A stretch of DNA of 64,000 nt from Alphaproteobacteria bacterium bin98. Its GTDB lineage: Bacteria > Pseudomonadota > Alphaproteobacteria > Bin98. This document shows, piece by piece, positions 7,585 to 17,900 of the stretch; position 1 is the stretch's first letter, and each line of letters starts with the position of its first letter. The stretch is taken from the NCBI GenBank assembly GCA_002238905.1, contig MPNG01000001.1, forward strand, positions 12,599 to 76,598, given 5' to 3'. A program made the translations under genes and the position numbers. The notes beneath the pieces are model-generated. The model did no database searches. It was given only the letters and a program-made list of their open reading frames with translations, and had not been told where the DNA came from.

Positions 7585-9696
7585 CTAGGCATGCAGTCGC
7601 GGCTCAATTTCCATTGCTTTGCGCCTCACTTCTTCTATTGCTTTGCGCCTCACTTCTCCTATTGATTGGCGCCTTTCGCGCCTCACTCCCCTTTCTTTTT
7701 GAATCATTTCTTCCATTTCTTTTTGAATTATTTTTTCCATTGCTTTAGCTCGAACGACTCTTATTTCTTTCATTTCTTTTTTCATATCTCGAGCAAGAAG
7801 AAACAGTGGACGGTTCTCCACAAAGGGTAAGAAATGGTCTATGTCTTCACCTCTTATATTTCTTAAAGTTTTTTTAGATTTACATAAATTGAGTATATAA
7901 TTATGGCTACGATTTGCATCTGTAAGAATCTCTCTCACAGTTTTTGCCCTGACCTCTTTTGCAGGCCACCTGACCTTGGGGGTGAAATCAGCTACAGGTA
8001 GTGCAAAAAGGTCTTGAAAGTCCAAAAATAATAGATAACCTTTTCTTAATATTGAATTTCTATAGTGTGAGTGTTCTGGACACGCCAAGGCACGCTCCAC
8101 AAGAGGCCTCGCTCTTTTTCTAAAAGGTTCTATTCTTTCCTCCATTTCTGAAGAAACGGAAGATGGTAAACACATTATGCGAGTCAAACTATCAATATCC
8201 AAACAAGGGTCCAAAAACGCTAGCGGTATTCCAGACATGATACACACGGCCTCTGCCTCATAATCCTGCTCATCAATGTACAACTTAAACATCTGTTTTT
8301 CAGAAATAGCGTCTGTATTATACAGAACACGGATACTCCTTAATTTTTCTTTTAAATTTTCCCCACTCCATTCATCACAGCAAAGACCAGAATGCATATC
8401 ATATAAGATTTTTGCATAAACAACTAATTGCATATTTAAAGCTTTATTCTCCCCTTCCCCTTGCATTAATGAGATACATTCTTTTTCCAAAACAGCCGAA
8501 GAAGGCAATCCTTGAGCCCTTTGTTTTCTTTGATTATAAGTATATACCATGATACCTAGAAGATCCTTTCTTGTTGAAAGTTTTTTCATACAGTCTTTTT
8601 GGAGCGGCCAATCCACAAAATTTAATGGAGAGAGTTTACCTTCATATTCTTTTATAAATAGATCCTTTACACGGAGCTTTATTTTTGCAAGAGCATCTTG
8701 CACATTTGGATCTTCTTCACATTTTCTCAAGTATGCAAAACCTCTCTTCTGGATGTCTGCCCCTTCTCTGAGAAACAATTCATAATTTGTATCTATGCAG
8801 CGATCTTTAGAAAATGATATTTTAGCTGCCATCGAACACACAACACTTGCATCTATAAAACCATCCACAGGAACCTTGAGGTGTAAGTGTTCGAGCGGAT
8901 GATCCATAAAACCTTCCATACATTCACTAACATAGTGCAAACCCTGTTCATGCAACATCCAAAAAAGAATATCTTTAATATGTTCAAAACAACCTCCATC
9001 TTTTTTCAGCCTTAAAGCTTCATTCCATAGTGGTCGAAATTCCTCCAAAGCTATAGCAAAAAATTTTGCAAAAGGCCCTTTTGTTATAGCATCTTGCTCC
9101 AACTGATGCAGAGCCATATCATGATGCAGAATCACAGATCCAAGGCCTTCATAAGCATCATGTACTACCACAGGAGTATTCAAATCTTTTGGTACACTCA
9201 AAAGATATTTATATTTATCGCAAAGCATTAATGTCAGAAAATCTTCCTCCGAGAATCCACCATTCTCAGTCATAACAAACACAAACTCTCTTTCTGCGAC
9301 TCTCCTCAAGCCTTCTAACTCTGCTTCATCTACAATAATTCTCAGCGCCATACAGTCACGGTAGTGTAAAGAAAGTGTAAACCTCAAAAAATCTTTAGGT
9401 ATTTTCCGCAATGATCGAGTGAAAAGTTCTTGTATACTAGCGTGGTAAACGCTACCTAATCCACAGTTCAATTCAAATGCATAGGGACTCTTCTTATATA
9501 AATCAGATTCAAGCATATCCGCTATTTTTGACATAGGGATGAATCTTTTTTCCAGTTCATTCATCGCTTCCACAAGGAAAGGTAATTTTTTCCTCTGAGC
9601 TACACTCCATTGTGGCCAGATAGCCTCACAGGATGATTCTTGGCTTGAAATTGCGCCATGCGCGCAGCAAAAAGTAAATAATAATATAAGTATCAT
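7585..9696 (-). CDS. Large secreted protein (about 703 aa) with a C-terminal charged tandem repeat. Function unknown.
   Basis: The ORF is 7585..9765. The likely start at 9696 gives leader MILILLFTFCCAHGA. The body has no recognisable domain. The C-terminus is RRKAIEEVRRKAMEIE repeats. Confidence 0.6.
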   Translation of the reverse strand: MILILLFTFCCAHGAISSQESSCEAIWPQWSVAQRKKLPFLVEAMNELEKRFIPMSKIADMLESDLYKKSPYAFELNCGLGSVYHASIQELFTRSLRKIPKDFLRFTLSLHYRDCMALRIIVDEAELEGLRRVAEREFVFVMTENGGFSEEDFLTLMLCDKYKYLLSVPKDLNTPVVVHDAYEGLGSVILHHDMALHQLEQDAITKGPFAKFFAIALEEFRPLWNEALRLKKDGGCFEHIKDILFWMLHEQGLHYVSECMEGFMDHPLEHLHLKVPVDGFIDASVVCSMAAKISFSKDRCIDTNYELFLREGADIQKRGFAYLRKCEEDPNVQDALAKIKLRVKDLFIKEYEGKLSPLNFVDWPLQKDCMKKLSTRKDLLGIMVYTYNQRKQRAQGLPSSAVLEKECISLMQGEGENKALNMQLVVYAKILYDMHSGLCCDEWSGENLKEKLRSIRVLYNTDAISEKQMFKLYIDEQDYEAEAVCIMSGIPLAFLDPCLDIDSLTRIMCLPSSVSSEMEERIEPFRKRARPLVERALACPEHSHYRNSILRKGYLLFLDFQDLFALPVADFTPKVRWPAKEVRAKTVREILTDANRSHNYILNLCKSKKTLRNIRGEDIDHFLPFVENRPLFLLARDMKKEMKEIRVVRAKAMEKIIQKEMEEMIQKERGVRRERRQSIGEVRRKAIEEVRRKAMEIEPRLHA
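7600..7700. repeat. In-frame tandem repeat of about 24 bp, 3 copies (attgctttgcgcctcacttcttct), encoding the RRKAxEEV repeats of 7585..9696
   Basis: A direct repeat is visible in the sequence at 7606-7690. Confidence 0.6.
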
Positions 9697-9948
9697 ATTC
9701 TTGTTGAAGAGTAGCATATTTGCATTACAAATGAAAATCCCAGTGTCTGCAATTATTGAGAACAAACAAGAGCTATTAAATGGATTTTTTGGATTAGTCT
9801 TCGTTTTTATTCAGCATGAAGTCAACATGCTTAAATGCAGGATCTACTCGGCAGAATGATACTGCAAGCGGAATAGTGTAAGATGCAAAACTCTAGTGAC
9901 ACTGCTTATTTAAAGAGATATATTAAATACGTGAATAAAGAGATATTT

Positions 9949-11094
9949 ATGCCATTACTGTTATTATTTATAATTTGTTTGCAGGCTTATGGATCTGAAG
10001 GAGCCTGCGATGATGATGGTGATCCATGCGAAGATATCGTAAAATTTTTTGCGCAAAAGCGTATATCTTGTCTAAGCGAATTTGATGAGGGTTGTCGTGA
10101 TTTCCGAAGCTTTGCGAAACTAAAGATGAGTCTTGATGAATGGATGACCTTTGCGAAACCAGTGCTCACGATAGTGGATGCAGCCTACAAGAGACAGCAT
10201 CCCAATCTCTCTGAAGAGATGTTTGCAAAAAAGAGAGAGGATATTATCCAACTTGCTAAGCAAGGATTCTTTCCTCTTTCGATAGAGAAATTCTGCCTTT
10301 TCTTTCATGAGTTAAAGGTAGAGTTTAAGAGAGATTTGCAGGATTTGAGAGATTTGCAATTGCTGCATCAGACACTTTTGAGAGAGAAAGAGTTGGGGCA
10401 TTTGATAGATTTTATAAATATTCCACAAGAAAGAGCCAAAATTGAGAACAAAAACATACATTTATTCTTTTCCTTGTTAGAATCTTTATATCATTTCTGT
10501 CGAAAATCAAAAACAGGTGCAAATAGTGCTTATTGGCTGCAACTGGGCACATGGGAAAGCAATCAAAGAAAATTTGATCCATACAGAAGCAAGATTTTAA
10601 GAATTTTTGACCCAAAAACAACAGATGTTTTAGAGGTCTTAAAGAAAAGAGGCTTCTGCTTTAGTAGGTGTACTCTTTATCCTCAAAGCTTTGTACAACC
10701 AAAGATGAGCATGAATGAATGGATGACGTTTGCGCAACCAATAGTAGAGATCCTGCTATCAGCCTATAGGAAAATGTATCGTGGTAGTGCTGCAGAGATA
10801 TCTCAACAAAGTCTGTTGATTGCCCAATCTGCGAAGCAAGGATTTTTTAGACTTGATCTAGAAACCTACTTTCTATCTTTGCATCAATTAAAGATAGACT
10901 ATGAGAAAGATTTTCTACAAGAAGAAAGAGCAACACTCGAGGATGTACACATACACTCGCTTCGTTCCTTGTTAGAATCTTTATATGCTTTTTGTCTGCA
11001 TCAAAAAGTGGGTGCCGAGGAATCATATAGCGCTTGTTGGAAGAAACCTATTCAAAGAAAAGAGGCGAGAATGCATGCTGCAGTATTAGTGTGA
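9949..11094 (+). CDS. Two-domain (internally duplicated) secreted paralog-family protein
   Basis: The ORF is 9883..11094. The likely start at 9949 gives MPLLLLFIICLQAYGSEG. Two homologous modules (KMSLDEWMTFAKPVL...SLLESLYHFC and KMSMNEWMTFAQPIV...SLLESLYAFC) suggest a fusion or tandem duplication of two family genes. Confidence 0.7.
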   Translation: MPLLLLFIICLQAYGSEGACDDDGDPCEDIVKFFAQKRISCLSEFDEGCRDFRSFAKLKMSLDEWMTFAKPVLTIVDAAYKRQHPNLSEEMFAKKREDIIQLAKQGFFPLSIEKFCLFFHELKVEFKRDLQDLRDLQLLHQTLLREKELGHLIDFINIPQERAKIENKNIHLFFSLLESLYHFCRKSKTGANSAYWLQLGTWESNQRKFDPYRSKILRIFDPKTTDVLEVLKKRGFCFSRCTLYPQSFVQPKMSMNEWMTFAQPIVEILLSAYRKMYRGSAAEISQQSLLIAQSAKQGFFRLDLETYFLSLHQLKIDYEKDFLQEERATLEDVHIHSLRSLLESLYAFCLHQKVGAEESYSACWKKPIQRKEARMHAAVLV

Positions 11095-11377
11095 AAAATG
11101 ATACATTGAAAAGAACCTCCTTTGTCAAAAGCAAGCATTATCTCAGCATATGCAAGACAAAAGATTATGTAGGGTTGATCTTAATCTTCAAACGATACGT
11201 GCAAATTTTACAAATTATCATAACATTACAATATATTACAATTTGCGATCAAACTATATTATTGCAAAAAGATTTTGTGCTAGCGAGATATAAGGATCGC
11301 TATATTAATCTTGCATTTCTGAGCCTCAAAATGTACAATGGGGCAGTAATCTAATCACAATTGAATCAGGATACCCT

Positions 11378-12193
11378 ATGCATTTTATATTATTATACTT
11401 AATCGCTACATACACATATAGCGCGCAAGCACCAGAGATAGATCCGGCCAACGCAACCCAATGGTTGAGGACGAAGGCCGGGCAAAGTAAACTATCTACT
11501 TTACAACAGAGGTTGAAGTGTTCCGGAGAAGGATGGTCCAGCACTGGCCAATGGTTGAGAACGAAGGCCGGGCAAAATATCCTATCTGATTTAAACAACG
11601 CGTTAAGATCAGATATTGGTTATGATTGTTTCACTTTAAGTCAAGTAGCGGATGAGATAACTAGGATGATGCGCTTAGACGATTACCATAAGAAATCAGC
11701 TAATCTGAAACAGGCTTACAAAAGATCACGAGACTCTTACTCAACACACTGCTATACAGAATCCTATCAAAGTGCTCGTCAAGCACAAAAGGACATCGAT
11801 AGCTCAAAGGCCACACTTGCCAAGACGCATCAAGAGTACATACCGCCTAGCTTGGAAGCTAAGGTTGCCGATCCCGATAGTGAATTCCATAAGATGAGTA
11901 TAGAGCTCCTCAATGCGCTTTTAAAGGACGCAAATGCAGAGGCAGACAATCCAAAACTGTACACCGATCAGCTCAGTCCTATGGGTATTGAACCCCTATC
12001 TGATTTTCCAGTTTTAGCGATACATAGAGATCTTTTAGAGACTATTAGGTATCTCTGTGAACAACAACAACATATGGCTGAAACCAGCTATCGTAATTGG
12101 TATAAGGAAAGAACATCAGATGAACAGATGGCGTTTCGTAGCTCATTATCACATCCGGCTGAACGCGCGAAACTTCTGTGCCCCATAAATTAA
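11378..12193 (+). CDS. Secreted paralog-family protein (subfamily H), with an internal QWLRTKAGQ repeat
   Basis: 271 aa with leader MHFILLYLIATYTYSAQA and C-terminal LLETIRYLCEQQQ. It ends in the 3' repeat (ERAKLLCPIN*). Confidence 0.65.
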   Translation: MHFILLYLIATYTYSAQAPEIDPANATQWLRTKAGQSKLSTLQQRLKCSGEGWSSTGQWLRTKAGQNILSDLNNALRSDIGYDCFTLSQVADEITRMMRLDDYHKKSANLKQAYKRSRDSYSTHCYTESYQSARQAQKDIDSSKATLAKTHQEYIPPSLEAKVADPDSEFHKMSIELLNALLKDANAEADNPKLYTDQLSPMGIEPLSDFPVLAIHRDLLETIRYLCEQQQHMAETSYRNWYKERTSDEQMAFRSSLSHPAERAKLLCPIN

Positions 12194-12290
12194 AAAATCC
12201 AAATAGGGCGTAGTCAAAGTTATCTTTGACTACAGCCCACATAGAAATTTTCTTTATAGCAAAGCTGTTTTTTAGAATAAATCTCGAACA
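12165..12290 (+). repeat. Copy 2 of the 3'-flank repeat seen at 960..1050 and 15735..15860
   Basis: aacttctgtgccccataaattaaaaaatccaaatagggcg...caaagctgttttttagaataaat. Confidence 0.6.
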
Positions 12291-12454
12291 ATCTTTGCCT
12301 CGATAGTTAAAAACTCATCCGCAATCTCTAGAAGATAGCCACTTATCTTACTATGAGATACCATGAACTCACATTCTTTTATGAATTATGCGGAAGAATA
12401 AGCGTGGAAGCAAATAAAACGCAATAATATTAACATTCGCAAACTCTAAAAAAG

Positions 12455-12510
12455 TATCTCTACGGAATAGTATAAATTATCATTTTAGGCATCGATGCTA
12501 TCAAAATGTA
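12455..12510. repeat. Copy 2 of the intergenic repeat seen at 2385..2440 and 21915..21965
   Basis: ctctacggaatagtataaattatcattttaggcatcgatgctatcaaaatg. Confidence 0.5.
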
Positions 12511-12546
12511 TAAGTAAAAAAATCTCATCACCCCTTCTCAGAAAGA

Positions 12547-13132
12547 TTACCGCTCACTCTCACGGACAGCCTGTTTTGTTTCTGTATGGCTATTTGGCAA
12601 AATGCGAACATTACATAAAAGTTTTAAGACCAAGTCGCCCAAAACCAAGCGTTCCGGCATGGATCTGGCAATGGATCCACCATTACAGAGAATCTTTAAA
12701 GAGACGAAGAGTTGTTGCAACACCTTTCGGGCTTCCCTTACTGCTGGATTATCTGCGTCAAAACTAGAGTATCTTATATACTGTAATTTTTCATATTCTT
12801 TCTGGATATCTAGACCATTTTCTTGAAGGCAGCAAGCTATATCTGGTTCAAGGCCGCACTCCCTATTTACTTTGCTAAAAACTTCCATCACCGCATCTCC
12901 ATACTGAAACAGTGTGCTCTTTGTCACAGGATTGTCTGTTTGTTTTTTGAAAGTCGCAATCGCACCTAAGAGCGTATCTTTGTACGGCAGGGTGGCTTGT
13001 TGAGCTGCTTCCCAATTTTTTAATTCTTCAGGACTCTGCATTAATTGCGGCACAGTTGCTTTTTGCGACGACTGCTTCTTTAGTGGCTCCGTGAGTGCAG
13101 GAAAAAATTAAAAATAATAATACGAACTTCAT
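12547..13132 (-). pseudogene. Subfamily-F family gene in which the leader peptide and the body lie in different frames (frameshift near 13040-13058)
   Basis: ATG at 13130-13132 encodes MKFVLLFLIFSCTHGATKEAVVAKSN, which stops at 13028. The body ORF 12547..13053 (…ELKNWEAAQQATLPYKDTLLGAIATFKK...) is in the +1 frame and has no Met or leader. Paralogs 18278..18844 and 35077..35577 are continuous here. Confidence 0.55.
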
Positions 13133-13440
13133 ATATCTACATCCTTTATATTACACTATCTATTAAATCACAGCATAATTTTGTGCTTTGCAAGACTCTA
13201 TTCTACCGGATTTTTCTCTATCTAACACACCTCCTTTTTCAGGGCATTGCAGTTTATTTTGTTGCTGGCACCCCTCTTTGCTTCTAAAATATTTTCTTCT
13301 ACCCATCCCCTCTCTATGAGCATGCACAGCCATGATGATTGATATAATGATCGATCATTCTCTATATTAAATCCTCTTATTATCTTATGCAATTTTTTGC
13401 ACAAGATGAAACAGCAATCACATGATTCAAGAGTCTTTTT

Positions 13441-14406
13441 CTATATCAAAATCAAAAAAGACAGCTGCTCTCTAAAGGCTCTCAATGCTTGACCATACGA
13501 GGCATTATTCGAACAAAAACCTTGCAAAGATGATAATAATTGAGAACATAAGATTATTCCCCATCTTTGATTCCATTCTCTGACCTCAATGCTAGCGCGA
13601 GATATTGCTACTTTTTTGAATTCAGAAAAAATATAAAAGAACGATTCTAGATCAAGTTTGGAAGTGTCGATATGTCTGAGGAAATTTTGCAGATTAAGCG
13701 GCTCAAGAGAAACGTCGATGTACAGTGTCTTTTCAGAAGTAAGTGACTTATTTTTCCAGAATTCCATCGCATCATCAGACATTACTCTTTTGGTCTCTAG
13801 ATCAAGAGGATATATGACGCTTCCTTCAGCATTAAAAGTAAGGGAGTCGAGAATAAAAAATCGCCTGGCACATATCTTTGTAGCAGTAAGATCAAGTATC
13901 TGCTGAGAAGTAAGTGCATGGTGTTTTGTGATCAATAATTTTTCGATAGAATCCGTTACTTTTTTTATCAAATTATATATTTGACTAAATGACAAACAGG
14001 AATAATCCAGATCTCTGGAAAGGAAGTAGGCATTTATCAAAGATTTTTTTTGTGCCTTTAATAAGAGGTCAGTTGGCTCTGACTCATCACCGGAGGCTCT
14101 TTGTAAAGCGCTATAACCATCTTCAGCATCGGCGAAAATGGCATTCTCTACTTTCCTCATGATCCTTTCCACAGCTGTGCTTATGCTCATTCTCCTGAAG
14201 CTTTCTATCACATATTGACCTCTATCGGAGGCACTTTGTGAATCGATATCCGCATCCTCATCATCAGGCAAAATAGTATTTATGGTCATGATCAAGAACC
14301 TTAACCTCCAATCACTATCATGATCGGAGGCACTGTTCGAAGCGCTATGCGCATCTAAAAAAATGAATAATAATATTAGAAATATCACAAAACTCCTATT
14401 TATCAT
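13441..14406 (-). CDS. Secreted paralog-family protein (subfamily A, long form)
   Basis: The ORF is 13441..14433. The alternative start at 14406 gives leader MINRSFVIFLILLFIFLDAHSA. It has KHHALTSQQILDLTATKI and LLSSLQGFCSNN. Confidence 0.7.
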   Translation of the reverse strand: MINRSFVIFLILLFIFLDAHSASNSASDHDSDWRLRFLIMTINTILPDDEDADIDSQSASDRGQYVIESFRRMSISTAVERIMRKVENAIFADAEDGYSALQRASGDESEPTDLLLKAQKKSLINAYFLSRDLDYSCLSFSQIYNLIKKVTDSIEKLLITKHHALTSQQILDLTATKICARRFFILDSLTFNAEGSVIYPLDLETKRVMSDDAMEFWKNKSLTSEKTLYIDVSLEPLNLQNFLRHIDTSKLDLESFFYIFSEFKKVAISRASIEVREWNQRWGIILCSQLLSSLQGFCSNNASYGQALRAFREQLSFLILI

Positions 14407-14689
14407 CTTATATGATTTTTTTTTAATAAACAAGCGTCGTATGGACTCTCATCACATAAGCTCAAACAAGCGGATAGAAGACAATAGTAAGCGCTTACAT
14501 ATTTTTGAGCCCTGCTCACTACTAGTACGACGTTGTGGATCAGGCCAATATTTTGCATTCAAAAAAGCAAAAGCATGCATGAAAAACATATGTACCTGCC
14601 AGTACACTCCACACGTTCTTTATTGCCTTTTTTTACAACACAATTCTTGATACAATGCTATTATTACACTATTTACTAAAGGGTATACT

Positions 14690-15463
14690 ATGACATCAAT
14701 AATATTGTTATTTTTAATGTCTTTTTCACAGGCAGATGCGGCTATGCCCGAAACTCTTACTGATGGAATGCAAAAAATGTGCTTACATGATTATGGAGCT
14801 GTTCAGCAGAGCGACTATGCAGAATTTCGGAAAGCAGTACTCTTAAAAGACTCAAAACTCAAAGAAGACAGTTGGCATACAGCTCAAGCATATATTGCTC
14901 AACATCTCAGTGAAATTCGCGAGTTCATCGATGTAGAACCTTCGGAGTATAATTATCACACTCTATTAACATTACGGGATATTTTTTCTGATTTCAGCCC
15001 ATATGTTAATGAAATCCAAAAGCAGCACCAAACTTCCGAAAATCTGCTGACATCCATGATGAACAGCCAGCATATCTCTCACAAAAGATCTATGGAAAGT
15101 ATGTGTCAAAGGGGTGAAGCATCTCTATTGCATATATTTCCAGCGGAGATTTCGGAGGAAGAGTGGATGATTGTTTTAAATCCTAAACTGGAAGGCTTTA
15201 TTCTTGATGCAGCCACCATATATACACTTTTAATAGAAGCGATAGAAGAGATAGATGCACTAACAGAGAATAGGTTGTTTAAGATCTTTGAAACCAAATT
15301 AGATCAATGCAGAAATACCAATATCTATGTACATCTCGTAAAAGTTTGCAAACATCTCTGTGACAACCAACCACAGATGTGCTACGAGGCATATGATCAC
15401 TTTTATCTTCTTAAAGAACAACAGAAAGACTGGCTGCGAGAGCCAGTCTTTAGCATAATCTAG
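14690..15463 (+). CDS. Secreted paralog-family protein (subfamily G), with about a 20-aa insertion inside the leader
   Basis: 257 aa. It is a paralog of 31501..32073 (VHLVKVCKHLCDNQPQMCYEAYDHFYLLKEQQK). The leader MTSIILLFLMSFSQADAAMPETLTDGMQKMCLHDYGA is split, compared with MVLILFFLIFLHAYGA. Confidence 0.65.
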   Translation: MTSIILLFLMSFSQADAAMPETLTDGMQKMCLHDYGAVQQSDYAEFRKAVLLKDSKLKEDSWHTAQAYIAQHLSEIREFIDVEPSEYNYHTLLTLRDIFSDFSPYVNEIQKQHQTSENLLTSMMNSQHISHKRSMESMCQRGEASLLHIFPAEISEEEWMIVLNPKLEGFILDAATIYTLLIEAIEEIDALTENRLFKIFETKLDQCRNTNIYVHLVKVCKHLCDNQPQMCYEAYDHFYLLKEQQKDWLREPVFSII

Positions 15464-15481
15464 ATTTGATTATGCTAAAGT

Positions 15482-15718
15482 ATGCATCTCCTCAATGCGT
15501 TTTTAACTAACGCAGAGGCAAAGGTGTGGAGTTACACACTTTACCCCCCCAACCACTCTCCTGAAGCTACCGAACTATTGTGCGAATTTGAAGTTTTGGC
15601 GATACATACAGATCTGATAGAGACTATCAAGCATCTATGTGCAAACCAAGTGCATCAGGCTTTTCGCAGCTATTGTGTTTGGTATGAGAACAGAACGCCA
15701 ACGAAACAGATTAAGTAG
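15482..15718 (+). pseudogene. C-terminal fragment of an 11378-type gene followed by the 3' repeat
   Basis: EFEVLAIHTDLIETIKHLCANQVHQAFRSYCVWYE compares with DFPVLAIHRDLLETIRYLCEQQQHMAETSYRNWYK. There is no leader. Confidence 0.55.
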
Positions 15719-15734
15719 CGTAACAGCTTAAATG

Positions 15735-15860
15735 CAGAAGAGCTTGCGCAGCTTCTGTGCCCGATTGCCTGAAAGAAAAGAAGTGATCCAAATAGGGCGT
15801 ATCAGAGCTATCTTTGACACGCCCACTTGAAACGCATCGTGGTACAAAATCTGTTTTTCA
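15735..15860 (+). repeat. Copy 3 of the 3'-flank repeat
   Basis: gcttctgtgcccgattgcct...atccaaatagggcgtatcagagctatctttgac...ctgtttttcagaataaag. Confidence 0.5.
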
Positions 15861-16246
15861 GAATAAAGTTAGCACAATTGCTGGATCAAACGTACACGTG
15901 GCTATATATATGATGTTGTTAAACTGATGCATTGCTGTCATGCTGTTCAGCGCGAAGTGGCAAAAACAACATGGTGATCTAACGCCCGCGATGAGAGCTA
16001 CTGTATGCGGTATTTCCGTACGCTGACTGCCACATCATATAGTTTAGATCAGCATTTGATTGAGAATTATGGAAGTCACAATCGTTAAAAGGCATGACGA
16101 AGTCTATAGCTCATATTATTGAGTCTTTCGCGCGCAAGCTTGCAAAATAGTGATGGATTGAGTAGAAAGTCCTTCGCTGCTTCCGAACAGGTAAAAAATA
16201 ATAATATCAATACTCTTAAGTGAAATATACCGTCAGTAAGATCGAA

Positions 16247-17104
16247 TTAGTCCATAAGGAGTGGGGCTTGGGATGGCATCCTTAGTGTGCAGTGAGTCAA
16301 TTTTCCCTTCCACAATAGTTTGAAGCAATTCCATTTTTCTTTCCACAAATTATATTGTTTCACAGCTTCCTCTAAACTATATTGTTTTGAAGCTCCCTTT
16401 TCCTCTCTCTCTGCCTCTTGATTTGTTCGACAAAAATTATCTACAGAGCATAGAAGGGTCTGACAGCACTCTCCGAATAAAGTCATCCCCGCAGCATTCA
16501 TTGCAAGCATTGTTGTCCATTCTGATGGTTGAAAAGCAGTTTCACACAATTGACAAAACGCGGCATGAAAGACGGGTAGATCAAGATTGTGAACAGTGGG
16601 CGTGTATTTTTCGTGCGCACAAAATGCTTTTTCATCAAAAATATGCCCCTTACCTCTATCTAGGAGCAATTTTATTGATAGTGTCCAATCTCTTAATTGA
16701 TTTAAATCTTGCACTTTCTCATATTGTTTCGACGCAAAAGCACTTAAAATCTCTTGTTTATACTCGTCAAGAACTCTTTCAGCACTTGTCTTCTTTTTTT
16801 GAGGTGACTGATTAGGACTAGTGTCATTTGTCTGAGGTTTACAGCAATCAAGAGGCATAGCTTGCGGACCAGCACCTCTGTCTCGATAGTCTGCATTCAA
16901 CTGACGAATAATAGGACCAAATGCATCAGGCGAAGGACCACCTGGTGCATGCAATTCACCAATCAAGGTAGCAAACATTCGAGTATACGCAGGATTGATT
17001 GCATGAGCCTGATAAATAAGATTAAGATCCTCTTCACCTGCTCCATATATCTGGAAAACAACAAAAAACAATACTATAAACATAACTGAATTCTTCACAA
17101 ACAT
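16247..17104 (-). CDS. Secreted paralog-family protein (divergent member)
   Basis: 285 aa. The alternative start at 17083 gives leader MFIVLFFVVFQIYGAG. It has a C-terminal LLCSVDNFC motif. Confidence 0.6.
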   Translation of the reverse strand: MFVKNSVMFIVLFFVVFQIYGAGEEDLNLIYQAHAINPAYTRMFATLIGELHAPGGPSPDAFGPIIRQLNADYRDRGAGPQAMPLDCCKPQTNDTSPNQSPQKKKTSAERVLDEYKQEILSAFASKQYEKVQDLNQLRDWTLSIKLLLDRGKGHIFDEKAFCAHEKYTPTVHNLDLPVFHAAFCQLCETAFQPSEWTTMLAMNAAGMTLFGECCQTLLCSVDNFCRTNQEAEREEKGASKQYSLEEAVKQYNLWKEKWNCFKLLWKGKLTHCTLRMPSQAPLLMD

Positions 17105-17159
17105 ATTGTAAATGATATTATAGAAAATTACTACTTTTTCGCACGCAAGAGAGTTTTTT

Positions 17160-17330
17160 TTTCAAATCAAAATAATTGGTAGCAAAAGCCTTCAGATCTA
17201 TAGGAGAGTTGACGTGTTTTGTATCATTAAAAGCAACGGATTCTATGATAAAAAAGTTGGAACGCATCTTTGTATAAGTAAGACCAAGTATCTGCGCTTA
17301 GTATGATGAGAGTCAATCAGAAGAGCTATC
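17160..17330 (-). pseudogene. Fragment of a subfamily-A gene (LTS...LTATKI region)
   Basis: atctttgtataagtaagaccaagtatctgcgcttagt aligns to 13880-13920 and to 22240-22290. Confidence 0.45.
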
Positions 17331-17403
17331 CAAATTTTCTGTGGCTTACAAGATAAGCAAAAAATGCTATAGTCACACAGAGTGATAAGCAAATTGACAT
17401 CAA

Positions 17404-17900
17404 TATTACATTGATGTAACTATTTTTCACTTGTTTACATGCTGATGGCGCTTCTGCTCTAATGGCCGGTGAACAACTTAGTGAAACGGCACGTTGGCAA
17501 CAAACTCAGAAAAGATTGAAACCGTATCGTAATGGCGTTCTGGCGACACTCAGACGCTATCCATATATTTTACCACCCTAGAGTTAGTAGAATTTGATTT
17601 TAAAGACGACTATCAAAATGTATCCCTGGCAACCGCCTATATCTCAGGAATAAAAGCGATTTTTGTAATAAAGATGCCTCCGCAGTAAGCGATGTACAAG
17701 CTATACTGGCTTCACTGTCATCTTTGTTGGCTAACAGGTATCCCAACTTAAAAGATATTTAAGAGAATCCTCAAGATCCAAATTGTCATCTTGATCTCCC
17801 CTCACTGAAGCTTTAAAATGAGGCAACTAGCCCATACCTTCGCCTTTCATTGCCATTTGACCCCCCCTTATCAAAAACCCCTTGTGTGATAATACATGAA
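17404..17900 (+). pseudogene. Degraded copy of a 6841..7407-type (subfamily E) gene with multiple stops
   Basis: tttttcacttgtttacatgctgatggcgct...accgtatcgtaatggcg...ttagagttagtagaa aligns to 6872-7040. TAG and TAA stops interrupt every frame. Confidence 0.6.

Noticed and set aside
7356-7748. 130-aa plus-strand ORF rich in LLCASLLLL repeats
   Set aside because: It is antisense to the tandem-repeat C-terminus of 7585..9696 and overlaps two convergent genes. It is a repeat-generated artefact.
16387-16815. 142-aa plus-strand ORF
   Set aside because: It is antisense inside family gene 16247..17104.
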